Both the position numbers and the translations under genes were made by a program. From Promethearchaeota archaeon (GTDB taxonomy: Archaea; Asgardarchaeota; Lokiarchaeia; Sigyniarchaeales; Promethearchaeaceae): a DNA stretch of 32,000 nucleotides. The stretch covers positions 300,001 to 332,000 of the forward strand of contig JAFGBS010000009.1 in assembly GCA_016933055.1 (NCBI GenBank). The letters are read 5' to 3'. The notes beneath the pieces were generated by a model. The model was not told the DNA's origin. It saw only the letters and a list, made by a program, of their open reading frames with translations, and did no database searches. Shown here piece by piece: positions 18,187 through 28,013 of the stretch (its first letter is position 1; each line of letters starts with the position of its first letter).

Positions 18187-19835
18187 TACAATCCCTCCAA
18201 ATACCCGAAGTATTTCAATATATAATATGGCATTGTGTAACTTATACCAATGCGCTCCCTTACAGCCCAAGATACAGCTCTACTATGACTCCAAACATCC
18301 GTTGGAGCATAAGGATTCGAATTCCATATGAAAGTATCAATACTTTTCATGGATACTGTTTTTGGCCTAAGATACCTATCATCTAACATTCCGTCCATTA
18401 GTTCCCCAGGTAACCATCGGAATAAAATTCCAATCGGGTTGGTGTCAAAGAAATTTTTCCATTTCTGTATTTTAGGGTCCAAAATCGTCCAAGTTCCCCC
18501 TAAATCTTGACGCAACACAGACTTATTAACGCCTCCATAACTATCGTTGTAGATTGGATATGCCGTAAACTGATGCAATTGATCAAGTGTATCCCATAAA
18601 ATCTCATCTAATTCAGCTTGAGAATATCTGGTACTGGGAGTAGAACGTAAGGCATTGAATGCAAGGAAAATCGAATTAACCTGAGCATTCCTCTGGTATC
18701 TATAGAGTTTAAACTCAGCCTCATAATTATTGATAAACCTATCGAGTTTTATAGGATCATCCTCAACAAGCGCGTAGCCCATAAGTAGGTTATTTCCAAA
18801 CCCATTTGCATAATATTCATCCACTGTGTTTGATTCTCCAATATGAGGGGAATGTGGTTGATACATTTCTCGTGTACAGTAATAATTATAGAGTTGCGCG
18901 TATCTTTGATTCTCTGGATATGCTATCAATGCCATTTTCATTAATATCATTTTCCACTCACCCGTTAAAGTGAACATATTCTCCAAATGTGCTCCACAAG
19001 GATTTCCATCACCATGAATCTCTTGATACATAGAATCTATGAACCCGTTTGCTATTTGACCGATGATCTTCTTGATAACATCTTGCACCCATGGGTCATC
19101 ACAGAGCTGTAAAGCAGCAGCTAATCCAAAAAAGTAACCACCCAGTTCATCTTTTGAAGTATACAGCCGAACCCGCCATTGACTATAATCTTCTCCTCCC
19201 ATGGCGGTTCCATCCGTGCCATTGAACATTTTATAATGGTCACCAAACATGTATGAATAATTTGCATCATTCACCAAGTCCGGCATTGCATAAAATCTAG
19301 CTAAAGTCTGTCCAGGAAACTGGGGACCTAAACCACCATTGGGAACAGCCATTAACAGCGATAGACCTGTGGTGAGTTTCTTAATCAATTCTAATGATAC
19401 CGCTCGTTCACCAGGTTCCGTTAAAGTCTGGTAACGGAAGCACTCGGTAGCAAGCGATGCTCCTGTATAGAGACCAGCGTTATCCGTCAGATCGTATTGA
19501 AAAATACCCGAAGGATCCACGGCATTATTATACAGCCAGCAATTAACCGATAAATTAATCGGGGTATGGTAATCTATCTGTCGAATTTGGTACGTATTTG
19601 CTAGATCATCCATTAGATCTAGATCTGCTGTAATATTTTCCATCGAGTTCCATGGATAATCCGGATCATACGGATTATAGAAATTTAATTCCCGATCAAA
19701 TGCGTGCGATGCAAGATCAGTGAATAAATAACCGATAAAACCTCCAAAAGCCCCAAACAAGACTAGCGGAATAAAGCAAACTATAGTTAATATTGTGTAT
19801 CTTAATTTGATGGTTTTTCGTTTGGTAATTTTCAC
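18186..19835 (-). CDS. Membrane-anchored or exported protein of unknown function, possibly an (alpha/alpha)-barrel enzyme
   Basis: GTG start with GGTGA upstream; basic N-terminus plus one hydrophobic helix; Tyr/Trp/Asp-rich helical body (DNAGLYTGASLATECFRY, LARFY, TSKDELGGYFFGL). Confidence 0.75.
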   Translation of the reverse strand: MKITKRKTIKLRYTILTIVCFIPLVLFGAFGGFIGYLFTDLASHAFDRELNFYNPYDPDYPWNSMENITADLDLMDDLANTYQIRQIDYHTPINLSVNCWLYNNAVDPSGIFQYDLTDNAGLYTGASLATECFRYQTLTEPGERAVSLELIKKLTTGLSLLMAVPNGGLGPQFPGQTLARFYAMPDLVNDANYSYMFGDHYKMFNGTDGTAMGGEDYSQWRVRLYTSKDELGGYFFGLAAALQLCDDPWVQDVIKKIIGQIANGFIDSMYQEIHGDGNPCGAHLENMFTLTGEWKMILMKMALIAYPENQRYAQLYNYYCTREMYQPHSPHIGESNTVDEYYANGFGNNLLMGYALVEDDPIKLDRFINNYEAEFKLYRYQRNAQVNSIFLAFNALRSTPSTRYSQAELDEILWDTLDQLHQFTAYPIYNDSYGGVNKSVLRQDLGGTWTILDPKIQKWKNFFDTNPIGILFRWLPGELMDGMLDDRYLRPKTVSMKSIDTFIWNSNPYAPTDVWSHSRAVSWAVRERIGISYTMPYYILKYFGYLEGL

Positions 19836-19984
19836 CTTAATTTCACCTTATTTTCTTTCTTGTTCTATCTATAAATAATCATTGTCATGTGTTCGAATTA
19901 ACCAAAGAATTCAGTTTGATCAACAGATATTAAGCAAAAAAAAACCTATCACCCATATCATCAAATATTACTGAGGTTTGGAAA

Positions 19985-21091
19985 TTGAAAATATATATGG
20001 TAAATCAAGGTGTACTTGAGGAAAAACCCGAGCTTATTACGTATCCAATATTTAGTACAGGAGATGTTTATATCGTTGACACCTTTGATACAATTTGGAT
20101 TTGGATAGGTGAAAAGTGTTCGGTTGATGAAAAAGCAATAGCTGCCGCAGAAGCTCGAAGGATAGATGAGGAACGTGGCGGTTCTGCTAAAATTATTACG
20201 GTGGACCAGAATTTTGAAGCCCCCGAGTTTCTTACTTTATTAAATGGGTTAAAAATTGTTCACAAAAACCTCGCCCGAACTATGTTAAAAGATGTGTCTA
20301 CTGGAAGCTATGCAGGTCATGAAGAACATATCAATACATTATACAGAATTTCCTCTGAAGAATTCGAGGGCATAGATACTATGAAGTTCACACAATTACC
20401 GTGGGATATTTCATCATTAGATAGTGAGGATGCTTTCGTAGCAGATCTTGGCGATTACATTTGGATATGGCAAGGTCAAGATTGTAATATTAAGGAGAAA
20501 GTCAAAGCTCGCAGTTTTGCTACCCAATTTGATGCGGATCGAGCAGGTGTGCAACAAGTGAAAGTATTTGAAGAAGGAGATGATGAGGAATTTTTAGCGA
20601 TCTTTGAAGGAGAACTTCCAGGAAAACGTACTATAGGTCCAGATTTTAAACCCGAACAAATGGAACCCGAAGAACCGGAGATGACTTTTTCGGAAAAACC
20701 TAAACCCCGTCCATTACCATTACCTGGACAAACAATTGTATCTGAATCTGTTCCTAAACCAACGCCGTTAGAATCCAAACCTATGCCTATAGTTGCTCCA
20801 GAACCAAAATATACTCCAACTCCTGAACCAATTCTTGAATCAGATTCCACAGAAAACCCACCATCCTTCATGGAAACAGAAGATAATGAATCAAAACCAA
20901 TTATAAGCTCTGACGGAATTTTGGTGCAAAGAGATGGGGGAAGACTTCGATGTCCAAAATGTGGTAATATAAAAGTTGTAATGATTCGAGAAGTGCAAGA
21001 CAAGGAGCACATCTTAAACGATTATCCCTTAATATATGCTAAGAAATATATTTGTGGTGTTTGCGGTTCCCACTGGCGAGTGGAAGAATAA
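19985..21091 (+). CDS. Two-domain gelsolin-family protein with Pro-rich linker and C-terminal zinc ribbon
   Basis: Two gelsolin repeats (FSTGDVYIVD..IWIWIG....DEK..AA and LDSEDAFVAD..IWIWQG....KEK), Pro/Glu-rich segment, CPKC...CGVC; TTG start with GAGGT upstream. Confidence 0.9.
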   Translation: MKIYMVNQGVLEEKPELITYPIFSTGDVYIVDTFDTIWIWIGEKCSVDEKAIAAAEARRIDEERGGSAKIITVDQNFEAPEFLTLLNGLKIVHKNLARTMLKDVSTGSYAGHEEHINTLYRISSEEFEGIDTMKFTQLPWDISSLDSEDAFVADLGDYIWIWQGQDCNIKEKVKARSFATQFDADRAGVQQVKVFEEGDDEEFLAIFEGELPGKRTIGPDFKPEQMEPEEPEMTFSEKPKPRPLPLPGQTIVSESVPKPTPLESKPMPIVAPEPKYTPTPEPILESDSTENPPSFMETEDNESKPIISSDGILVQRDGGRLRCPKCGNIKVVMIREVQDKEHILNDYPLIYAKKYICGVCGSHWRVEE

Positions 21092-21105
21092 TAACATTAT
21101 CGTCC

Positions 21106-21133
21106 TTTTTTCAATTATTTTTTTCAGTTTTTT
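21106..21133 (+). terminator. Triple oligo-T tract after the gelsolin gene
   Basis: T6 (21106-21111), T7 (21118-21124) and T6 (21128-21133) within about 45 bp of the stop. Confidence 0.5.
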
Positions 21134-21171
21134 AAAAACATATTTTACAACTTACTTCTAGTTTTGCTTTA

Positions 21172-22134
21172 ATGAGTAAATTCCTTGAATTTCCAGTTAT
21201 TGATGGTCATATAGATACTTTAATGTCAATAGATAAGCGAAACTTTCATGAACGATCAGATTTAGGTCACTGTGATTTACCAAGAATGCGGGAAGGGGGA
21301 GTAAATAGTGCTCTTTTTGCTATTTATCCTGCTAGAACTCGCAAGAATATAATCCAAGGTTTAGATAAATGGCTGAAATTAGTATATCATTCTCAGAATG
21401 AATTATATCACATAAAATCAATTCAGGATTTTAAAACTGTTCGTTCGAAAGATAAAATCGGTGCTATCTTACATTTCGAAGGTGCAGGAGGGATAGATAA
21501 AGACCTCCAATTACTTCGCATATCATATCACATAGGATTACGTACAATTGGATTATGCCATGCTAATAAAAATAAATTCGCATCGGGGGTCTTATTTCAG
21601 GACAGACAATATGAGACCGGACTATCTGAATTAGGCAGAAATTTAGTACTAGAAGCTCAGAGGTTGGGTATCACCATCGATGCTTCGCATCTTAATGATC
21701 CATCATTTTGGGATTTGATGGAAGTTACTACTAGACCAATTATTGCATCTCATTCTAATAGTCGTAAAATCGCCAATCACTTGCGGAATTTGACAGATGA
21801 TCAATTAAAAGCAATTCAAGAAGTACATGGTACGGTAGGTATAAATTTTGGAAGTATGTTCTTGAAAAATGTGAATCCTAAACAACAAGAAAATGATTTG
21901 ACTTTAAATGATATTAAAACGCATATTGACCATATTGTAAATGTTACGGACATTAATACAGTTGCAATCGGAACGGATTATGATGGTGCTAAAGTACCAA
22001 ATTGTATGAAAGATGCGAGTTACTTCCCGAAACTCTGGCAGTTTCTTTTAGAGAATGGATATTCAAAAGGAGATCTTGCGAAAATTTCCCATAATAACCT
22101 TTTACGAGTTTTCAATGATACATGGAAGTCCTAA
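21172..22134 (+). CDS. Membrane dipeptidase family (peptidase M19)
   Basis: IDGHID, CDLPRMREGG, HFEGA, IDASH, IASHSN, NLTDDQL, IGTDYDG. Confidence 0.93.
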   Translation: MSKFLEFPVIDGHIDTLMSIDKRNFHERSDLGHCDLPRMREGGVNSALFAIYPARTRKNIIQGLDKWLKLVYHSQNELYHIKSIQDFKTVRSKDKIGAILHFEGAGGIDKDLQLLRISYHIGLRTIGLCHANKNKFASGVLFQDRQYETGLSELGRNLVLEAQRLGITIDASHLNDPSFWDLMEVTTRPIIASHSNSRKIANHLRNLTDDQLKAIQEVHGTVGINFGSMFLKNVNPKQQENDLTLNDIKTHIDHIVNVTDINTVAIGTDYDGAKVPNCMKDASYFPKLWQFLLENGYSKGDLAKISHNNLLRVFNDTWKS

Positions 22135-22199
22135 AATAATAATGAAAAATAACAGAACATCTCAAATAGTGGGAAAATAATCAATTATTGGTGAATAGT

Positions 22200-22592
22200 A
22201 TGGTTGATTTTCTAAAAAAAGAAATAAATATGAGTTTTAATGATGCAGTGTCCCATGTGGAGAAAATCATTCAAGAAGAGGGATTTTCACACATGTTAAC
22301 CAAAGATATTGATGAAATATTCAAGAAAAAATTAGGTATTGACTACCATCGTTATACAATTATATTGGCATGTTCACCTGATTTTGCTAAGGGTGCTTTA
22401 GACGTATCATGGAAAGTGGGAATGTTATTTCCCTGCAGTTTTGTTGTGTTTGAAGAAAATGGGAAAGTGATGGTAGCTCATACTTCAATTATGAAAATTG
22501 CACCAGAAGTGGGGCTTGCTCCCTTAGAAGAAATGAAACCCGTTATCGAAATGACAGGAAAGGGTGTTCGCAGAGCATGGGATCGATTTTGA
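22200..22592 (+). CDS. DUF302 domain protein
   Basis: SFNDAV...EEGF...DIDEIFKKKLG..YHRYTIILAC.P..A..AL...G..FPCSFVVFE. ATG 22200 has GGTGA upstream. Confidence 0.85.
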   Translation: MVDFLKKEINMSFNDAVSHVEKIIQEEGFSHMLTKDIDEIFKKKLGIDYHRYTIILACSPDFAKGALDVSWKVGMLFPCSFVVFEENGKVMVAHTSIMKIAPEVGLAPLEEMKPVIEMTGKGVRRAWDRF

Positions 22593-22896
22593 TTTTAAAT
22601 GACTAGGGACGCGGTTCACTTACCACTTTCTTTTAGACATTATTCAGATAGAAATCATTTTGGAATGAAAATTGATTAGGATTAACTGAAAAAATGGATA
22701 ATCGTTACTGAATGCTCTATAAAAATTAAATTACTTTCACATTTTTTTTTACAGAATTCGCCTATAATTGCCATTACTAAATAATTTTTACTCGTTCGTA
22801 CTTAATTTACGGAAGACTTGAATTATCTTACTCGAAGGTGAAGTGGATTATAAATAAAAAACAAGATTATGGGATGAAAGATAAAATGGAATAAAA

Positions 22897-23433
22897 CTAA
22901 ACCATTTTAATAGTTGCAGTTCCGGGGATCGCAGTTCTTAGTCGATAATGCAAGATACCTTCGGCGACTTCCTCAGTTTTAATTAAATTTTGTGCGATAT
23001 CTTTTTCTGAGACCCATCCCCGTTCTTCGGCTTCATATTTCTTTATAACCACACCATCTTTTTCAATCTTAATCAGGGTTTTAGATTCTTCTACAAAATC
23101 AAAATCTACAAGATCTCCATTAATTTTCTTTACCGTTAAAGTAATGATCCATTCATCACCCGGTCTAACCATACCTCTCATTTGACCCGATAACTTCACA
23201 ACTTTCCCTTTATCACTCGCAATCTCACCTAAACATCTAGCTACCATCCCAAGACTGTATAATCCATGAGCAATTACTCCCTTAAGTCCCATTTTTTCTG
23301 CAAATTCATCATTTGTATGAATATTATTACGGTCTCCAGATGCAAAAGCGTATTTAATAATTCCATCACGCGTTACTGGTCCATAAACATATCGCAACTC
23401 AGTTCCTACTTTTAATTCTGATAATTGAACCAT
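22897..23433 (-). CDS. MaoC-family (R)-hydratase/dehydratase, catalytic hot-dog subunit
   Basis: YAFASGDRNNIH...AEKMGLKGVIAHG hydratase motif with the catalytic D and H, plus VRPGD. Confidence 0.9.
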   Translation of the reverse strand: MVQLSELKVGTELRYVYGPVTRDGIIKYAFASGDRNNIHTNDEFAEKMGLKGVIAHGLYSLGMVARCLGEIASDKGKVVKLSGQMRGMVRPGDEWIITLTVKKINGDLVDFDFVEESKTLIKIEKDGVVIKKYEAEERGWVSEKDIAQNLIKTEEVAEGILHYRLRTAIPGTATIKMV

Positions 23434-23434
23434 A

Positions 23435-23965
23435 TTAAAAACCTCCTTCGCGTATTACAACCATCACTTTAGTTTGTACTACGAGTTTTCCATCTTTTGT
23501 ATGGGTATCAATATGCGATTGTAGCCATAATCTGCCTTTTTGGATATATGCTTTTTCTAAATACCCTGTGCTGTATAATTTTTGCCCATGTTGGATTGGT
23601 ACTTCCGCTTTAGTATAATCGTAGCTTTGTGCGGTATGCAATACTTTACCATAGTTTGTGATTAATTTTCTAGCTTCAGTTTCTCCTTCCTTTAAAGGAT
23701 ACTTCCAATTTACAATATCAAACGCCGCATCCACCGTAAAACAATTTGGATAACTTGGGTGTGCAATTATGGTAGAGTAATCGGGTTTCCCGTCAGCGGT
23801 CATCCCAATTTTCACATATTTTGGATTCGTGTCACCCAATGCTTCAGCAAATTCGACCATATTCTTACCCTTAACCCTATGAATGGATTTATTGAGTTGT
23901 TTTCCAATAAATATTTGATATTGCTCGGATTGTTTTTCTTCTTCAGATGTTAATCCCATGTTCAT
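23435..23965 (-). CDS. MaoC-like N-terminal / FAS1-like hot-dog protein (HadA-like partner)
   Basis: EFAEALGDTNPKY, IAHPSYP, VLHTAQSYDY...PIQHGQKL; 1 bp upstream of the MaoC gene. Confidence 0.8.
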   Translation of the reverse strand: MNMGLTSEEEKQSEQYQIFIGKQLNKSIHRVKGKNMVEFAEALGDTNPKYVKIGMTADGKPDYSTIIAHPSYPNCFTVDAAFDIVNWKYPLKEGETEARKLITNYGKVLHTAQSYDYTKAEVPIQHGQKLYSTGYLEKAYIQKGRLWLQSHIDTHTKDGKLVVQTKVMVVIREGGF

Positions 23966-24184
23966 TAACCCTATGAAAATTTAGTTAAAATCAAGTGAAG
24001 TTTTTTTTCTTGACTTAAGAACATATATTCACTCTTATTGTGTAAAAATAATAAAACTCAAGTAAGTTTTTAAGTAAAAAGTAAATGCCCAGAAAAGAAA
24101 TGAGAATATTATGTATATTCCCGCATAGGATCTTCTTCAATTTAAAGATAAATTTAATAAACTGGGTTTTTCAACGATTCAGTA

Positions 24185-25564
24185 TTAAAAAAGATCTTTA
24201 GCCGCATTTTTAATATTTTCCACACACTGAGCAATCTGATCTACGGGGATGGAACTGAATGCGATTCGCAATGCATTTACACCATTTTTTTCATCTACAA
24301 TGGGAATAAATCCTGTTTGATACCGTCTAAGTAAGTGCTCATTGAATTTGATTGCTGAAACTTTTCTATCTAAATTAAGTAATAGAAAAAATGCGCCTCC
24401 GCTGGGATCCATAGTGATTCCAGGAATAGGAACAGAAAGGAGTGTTCTCATTAATTCATATCGTTCTTGAATAATCTTCACAACTTTTTGACGACTTTCT
24501 AGTATCTTATCAAATCCTTGCTGAAGCATTTTTAGAACTACGGTTTGAGTGTATGTATTACTATTAGAAATCGTGGATCGGATGGTACCTTTTACCTTAT
24601 TTTCAAACTCAATACAATATTGTCTTAATTGTTGAGGATTAGACCAAGAATCATGTAATCCCAATGCTATTGCTCCTATTCTTCCCCCATACATAAGCAT
24701 TTCTTTTGTGGCACCGTCAATTTTTATGGGTATAATTAGCTCATGGAGGTTGGTAAGTTCATAAAAAACAGACGCATTCGCAGCTGAATCATCATACACA
24801 TATCCTTCATAAGCATCATCGCACAATACCACAATTGGTTTTTGAAGATTCTCTACACATTCTACCAGAAAATTTTTCATTTTTTTTATGGTTTCTGTGT
24901 CAGGAACATATCCTGTGGGATTACTGGGAAAATTTAGAAGAACCACGGCTTTCTGCTGTATAATAAAGGATTGCTCAATTTTTTCTCGTAATCCATCCAA
25001 ATTATATTGTTGTTTTCCGTTTAATTCCGCAAATGTCGGATATGTAGTAATTCGTGCACCGCATTGTCTTTCGATAATTGCAATATAATTTTCCCAATGT
25101 TTGTCTGGGAGAATAATTTTCTCTCCGGGATCAAGAAATAAGCGAACTGCAGTAAAAATACCAAAACTCAATCCTGGAACAATAACTGGTAAAGAAGTAT
25201 GACCAGTTAAATCAATAACTCCTGAGGGTAAATTTCTTGCATTTTTTCCCTTAAATATAATCCATTCCATCCATTTTTCTTGCAACTGGGGGTTTCCTGT
25301 AATAGGTGTGTATGGAACTAACTCTTGTGGGTCATTTTGAATAAATTCTCTGATCATGGGAATATAAAATGTAATTATTCGGTCCCTATCATTGTCTTCT
25401 AATTCCATTTCTGGTCCCAAAATTGCTCCTACAGTTCCATTAATTTTCGCTTCATTTTTAGCTCGACCTGACCAATAAAATACTCCATTTGGCTGAAAAA
25501 TATTCTTTCCATATTCTGAAAAAGCCTTCCAAATTGGAGTTCTCTCCAAACACGGGAAATCCAT
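24185..25564 (-). CDS. PLP-dependent aminotransferase, class I/II
   Basis: INGTVG, LNFPSNPTGY, LCDDAY, KIDGATKE (Schiff-base Lys), YGGRIG, GAFF, LRIAFS. Confidence 0.92.
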   Translation of the reverse strand: MDFPCLERTPIWKAFSEYGKNIFQPNGVFYWSGRAKNEAKINGTVGAILGPEMELEDNDRDRIITFYIPMIREFIQNDPQELVPYTPITGNPQLQEKWMEWIIFKGKNARNLPSGVIDLTGHTSLPVIVPGLSFGIFTAVRLFLDPGEKIILPDKHWENYIAIIERQCGARITTYPTFAELNGKQQYNLDGLREKIEQSFIIQQKAVVLLNFPSNPTGYVPDTETIKKMKNFLVECVENLQKPIVVLCDDAYEGYVYDDSAANASVFYELTNLHELIIPIKIDGATKEMLMYGGRIGAIALGLHDSWSNPQQLRQYCIEFENKVKGTIRSTISNSNTYTQTVVLKMLQQGFDKILESRQKVVKIIQERYELMRTLLSVPIPGITMDPSGGAFFLLLNLDRKVSAIKFNEHLLRRYQTGFIPIVDEKNGVNALRIAFSSIPVDQIAQCVENIKNAAKDLF

Positions 25565-25699
25565 ATTTTAATCACTTAATTATTGAGTACTTTCATTTTT
25601 TGGTATATTCCATAAATAATTTCTTTCCTATCCATTTAATAAAAAACCAAACTCCAAAAGCAAAATTCTATACATCTTTCCCTACATGATATACTTAGG

Positions 25700-26524
25700 A
25701 TGCAAACCATTCGATTAGGAATAAACACAACTTTTGCTCAAAGAAGATGGGAAAGACCAAAACAATGGATGGAAATTATTCATTCTAACTTAGAATTGGA
25801 TATATGCGAATTATCCTTAGATCTAATTGACCCGAATCTTCGTGAACCTACAAAAACTGCATACCTCCAAGAAATATTAGAATTGGGTGATGATTATCAA
25901 ATCGAATTACTCTCTTGTTGTCCAGGGATTAGTAAAAACAATCATGATATGTTACTCCATCCTAACTTCGGTTACCGCATACAAGCTATACAATGGATAG
26001 AAAATGCTATCGATATTGCTGCTTATACGAGAGCACGGTATTTTGGTGGATATTTTGGTGGATTAATCGTTCAAGAACACACTGATTCCACACTCTTAGA
26101 TTATGCAGTCTTCTTTCTAATTGATAGTATGACCTATATATCATCAGTTGCTTACGCTGCAGGACTAAACGGAATGTATTTCGAACCTTTTAGTTTTTTT
26201 CCTGAAACGAACAAAACTATTGATTTAAACTTACAGATCTTACAAAAAATCCAAAATTCTTCATCACTTCCAATATATCTTAGTCCATCCTCCCATCATG
26301 CCAAATGGATTCCTAAACTGCAAGAGAAATTTCATATTGCTCATATCAGGCATCCATCCGAAGCTGAACAAGTACACTTGCAATTGAACAATTCAAGAGT
26401 GTCGAACGAGCCTGTTAATATTGTACTTAATTGGATTCCCTCCATAAATGATACACGAGATATGGTTTTAAATAAACTCGAAAAAATAGTGGAAGATGTC
26501 AAAACAACTCTGAAACTAGAGTAG
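25700..26524 (+). CDS. TIM-barrel protein of the sugar-phosphate isomerase/epimerase (AP endonuclease 2) superfamily, divergent
   Basis: LGINTTFAQRRW..P..W, LLHP, AIQWIENAIDIAA, GGYFG and FEP resemble the family N-terminal half; the C-terminal half is poorly conserved. Confidence 0.6.
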   Translation: MQTIRLGINTTFAQRRWERPKQWMEIIHSNLELDICELSLDLIDPNLREPTKTAYLQEILELGDDYQIELLSCCPGISKNNHDMLLHPNFGYRIQAIQWIENAIDIAAYTRARYFGGYFGGLIVQEHTDSTLLDYAVFFLIDSMTYISSVAYAAGLNGMYFEPFSFFPETNKTIDLNLQILQKIQNSSSLPIYLSPSSHHAKWIPKLQEKFHIAHIRHPSEAEQVHLQLNNSRVSNEPVNIVLNWIPSINDTRDMVLNKLEKIVEDVKTTLKLE

Positions 26525-26676
26525 GAATTCTCCTTTCATGGTTTAGTGAGTAGATTTTTCTAAACTAGGTCATCTTCGACAATTTTGCAAATCCAAAAAT
26601 GGGCAAGATTTAGCTCCGTATAAATGTTGGGGGGATTGTTTATCCAAAAGTTTCTCAAACGGAAAGTTGTTGAAAG

Positions 26677-27951
26677 TTACTTTTTGAGATCCTTCTCAGA
26701 GCCTATTTTACGCCAGTCTGAGAATATCCACGAAAAGATATTGATAAATAATCCTATCATGGCACTAAGTAAATAAAGGAATCCTATTCCACCCATTGGA
26801 CCGGAAACTGGTGCTAATGCATCTGCAATGTAACCTGAAGCAATCATTCCTATGGGAGATGCAATACTCGAGAATACCATTAATAAAGATGCAATTCTTC
26901 CATATTTCTCTGGAGGAACAACCATCTGGATTGATGTGATGAGTAACACATTCGCTATTGGAATGAAAATTGCCATAAGAACCAATAAAACGTAAATCAA
27001 ATTAAAAAACACATCTGGAAGCAGTTTCGGTAATACCATTAACCCATAACAGACGTATACTACATTTAATCCTACAAATATCCATTTAGATTTATGTTTC
27101 CATTTTTTTTTTATCGATGTTATTAGGGATCCTACTAGAATACCTAATGGAAAGGATGCTGAAACGAACCCTAATATTTGCTGACTTTTACCAAACTCAA
27201 CAAGAATGTAATTGGGAAATAGAACATCAATAGGTTGGAGTAACATATTGATGATCATGGCTAAGGTCATAAGAGATATTAGACCAGGAATCGTCCCCAA
27301 TATAGAAAATCCCTCTTTCAAATCCATAAAAAATGAGTTTTTTTTGGATTCCTCAGTATGATTTACCTTTGGTATTCTGACAAAGAAGAGTGGAATCATC
27401 GCAAGAATATAGGATATTATATCAATCCATAATGCTTCTCTCACATCCAAAACAAGTAAAATTGATACTCCAACGACGGGTCCGACAATTCCTATAAAAC
27501 TAGAAAGCAAATATCCTATACCATTCATTCTACTGAGTTTCTCTTTAGGAACCATTAAAGGCGTCAATGCACTCACTACTGGTCCATGAAATGCTTGACA
27601 TATACCTCGAAAGGCTAATATTACATATATCTGCCATATCTGGACTATTACAGTATAATACAAGATAATTAGCACTAATGTTGCTAACGCTTGAAGGCTG
27701 TCAGTTATTATAATAATGATTTTTTTGTTTAATCTATCGGCGAATACACCTGCAATAGCACCAAATAAAATAGATGGAGCAAAACTCAAAATGGCCGCGA
27801 TTGATAAAACCGAATTAGCTCCTCCTGCTAATTGTAAAATAATGATAAATGCAACTATTGCACTTCCAAGATAAGAAAAATTCTGTCCAATCCAAAGCAA
27901 CAAATAATTCTGGAAAGTAGTTTTACTTGCTTGTTGTTCTTCCATTTCCAT
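26677..27951 (-). CDS. MFS transporter (MefA/DHA3-like efflux family)
   Basis: LLLWIGQNFSYLGS, AGVFADRLNKK, FRGICQAFHGP, MVPKEKLSRMNG, VPPEKYGR; 12-TM pattern. Confidence 0.92.
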   Translation of the reverse strand: MEMEEQQASKTTFQNYLLLWIGQNFSYLGSAIVAFIIILQLAGGANSVLSIAAILSFAPSILFGAIAGVFADRLNKKIIIIITDSLQALATLVLIILYYTVIVQIWQIYVILAFRGICQAFHGPVVSALTPLMVPKEKLSRMNGIGYLLSSFIGIVGPVVGVSILLVLDVREALWIDIISYILAMIPLFFVRIPKVNHTEESKKNSFFMDLKEGFSILGTIPGLISLMTLAMIINMLLQPIDVLFPNYILVEFGKSQQILGFVSASFPLGILVGSLITSIKKKWKHKSKWIFVGLNVVYVCYGLMVLPKLLPDVFFNLIYVLLVLMAIFIPIANVLLITSIQMVVPPEKYGRIASLLMVFSSIASPIGMIASGYIADALAPVSGPMGGIGFLYLLSAMIGLFINIFSWIFSDWRKIGSEKDLKK

Positions 27952-28013
27952 AAAAACACCATATACAATTGAAAATGGTAAACAGTATTTAAATAAACTT
28001 CAGACCAGTTTTG

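Noticed and set aside
19898-19912. ttaaccaaagaattc, resembling operator box 1, upstream of the gelsolin gene
   Set aside because: Only the AAC half-site is present and the GTT half is missing; weak match in AT-rich DNA.
20476-21012. 178-aa antisense ORF rich in G/S
   Set aside because: Mirror of the Pro-rich gelsolin linker codons; no independent features.
22593-22896. 304-bp convergent intergenic gap as a possible ncRNA or small ORF
   Set aside because: No tRNA-like or stable structure seen; the ORFs I found are about 30 aa or less and featureless.
24053-24071. Short inverted repeat aaaact-N6-agtttt upstream of the MaoC pair
   Set aside because: 6-bp A/T-rich arms are expected by chance at this composition.
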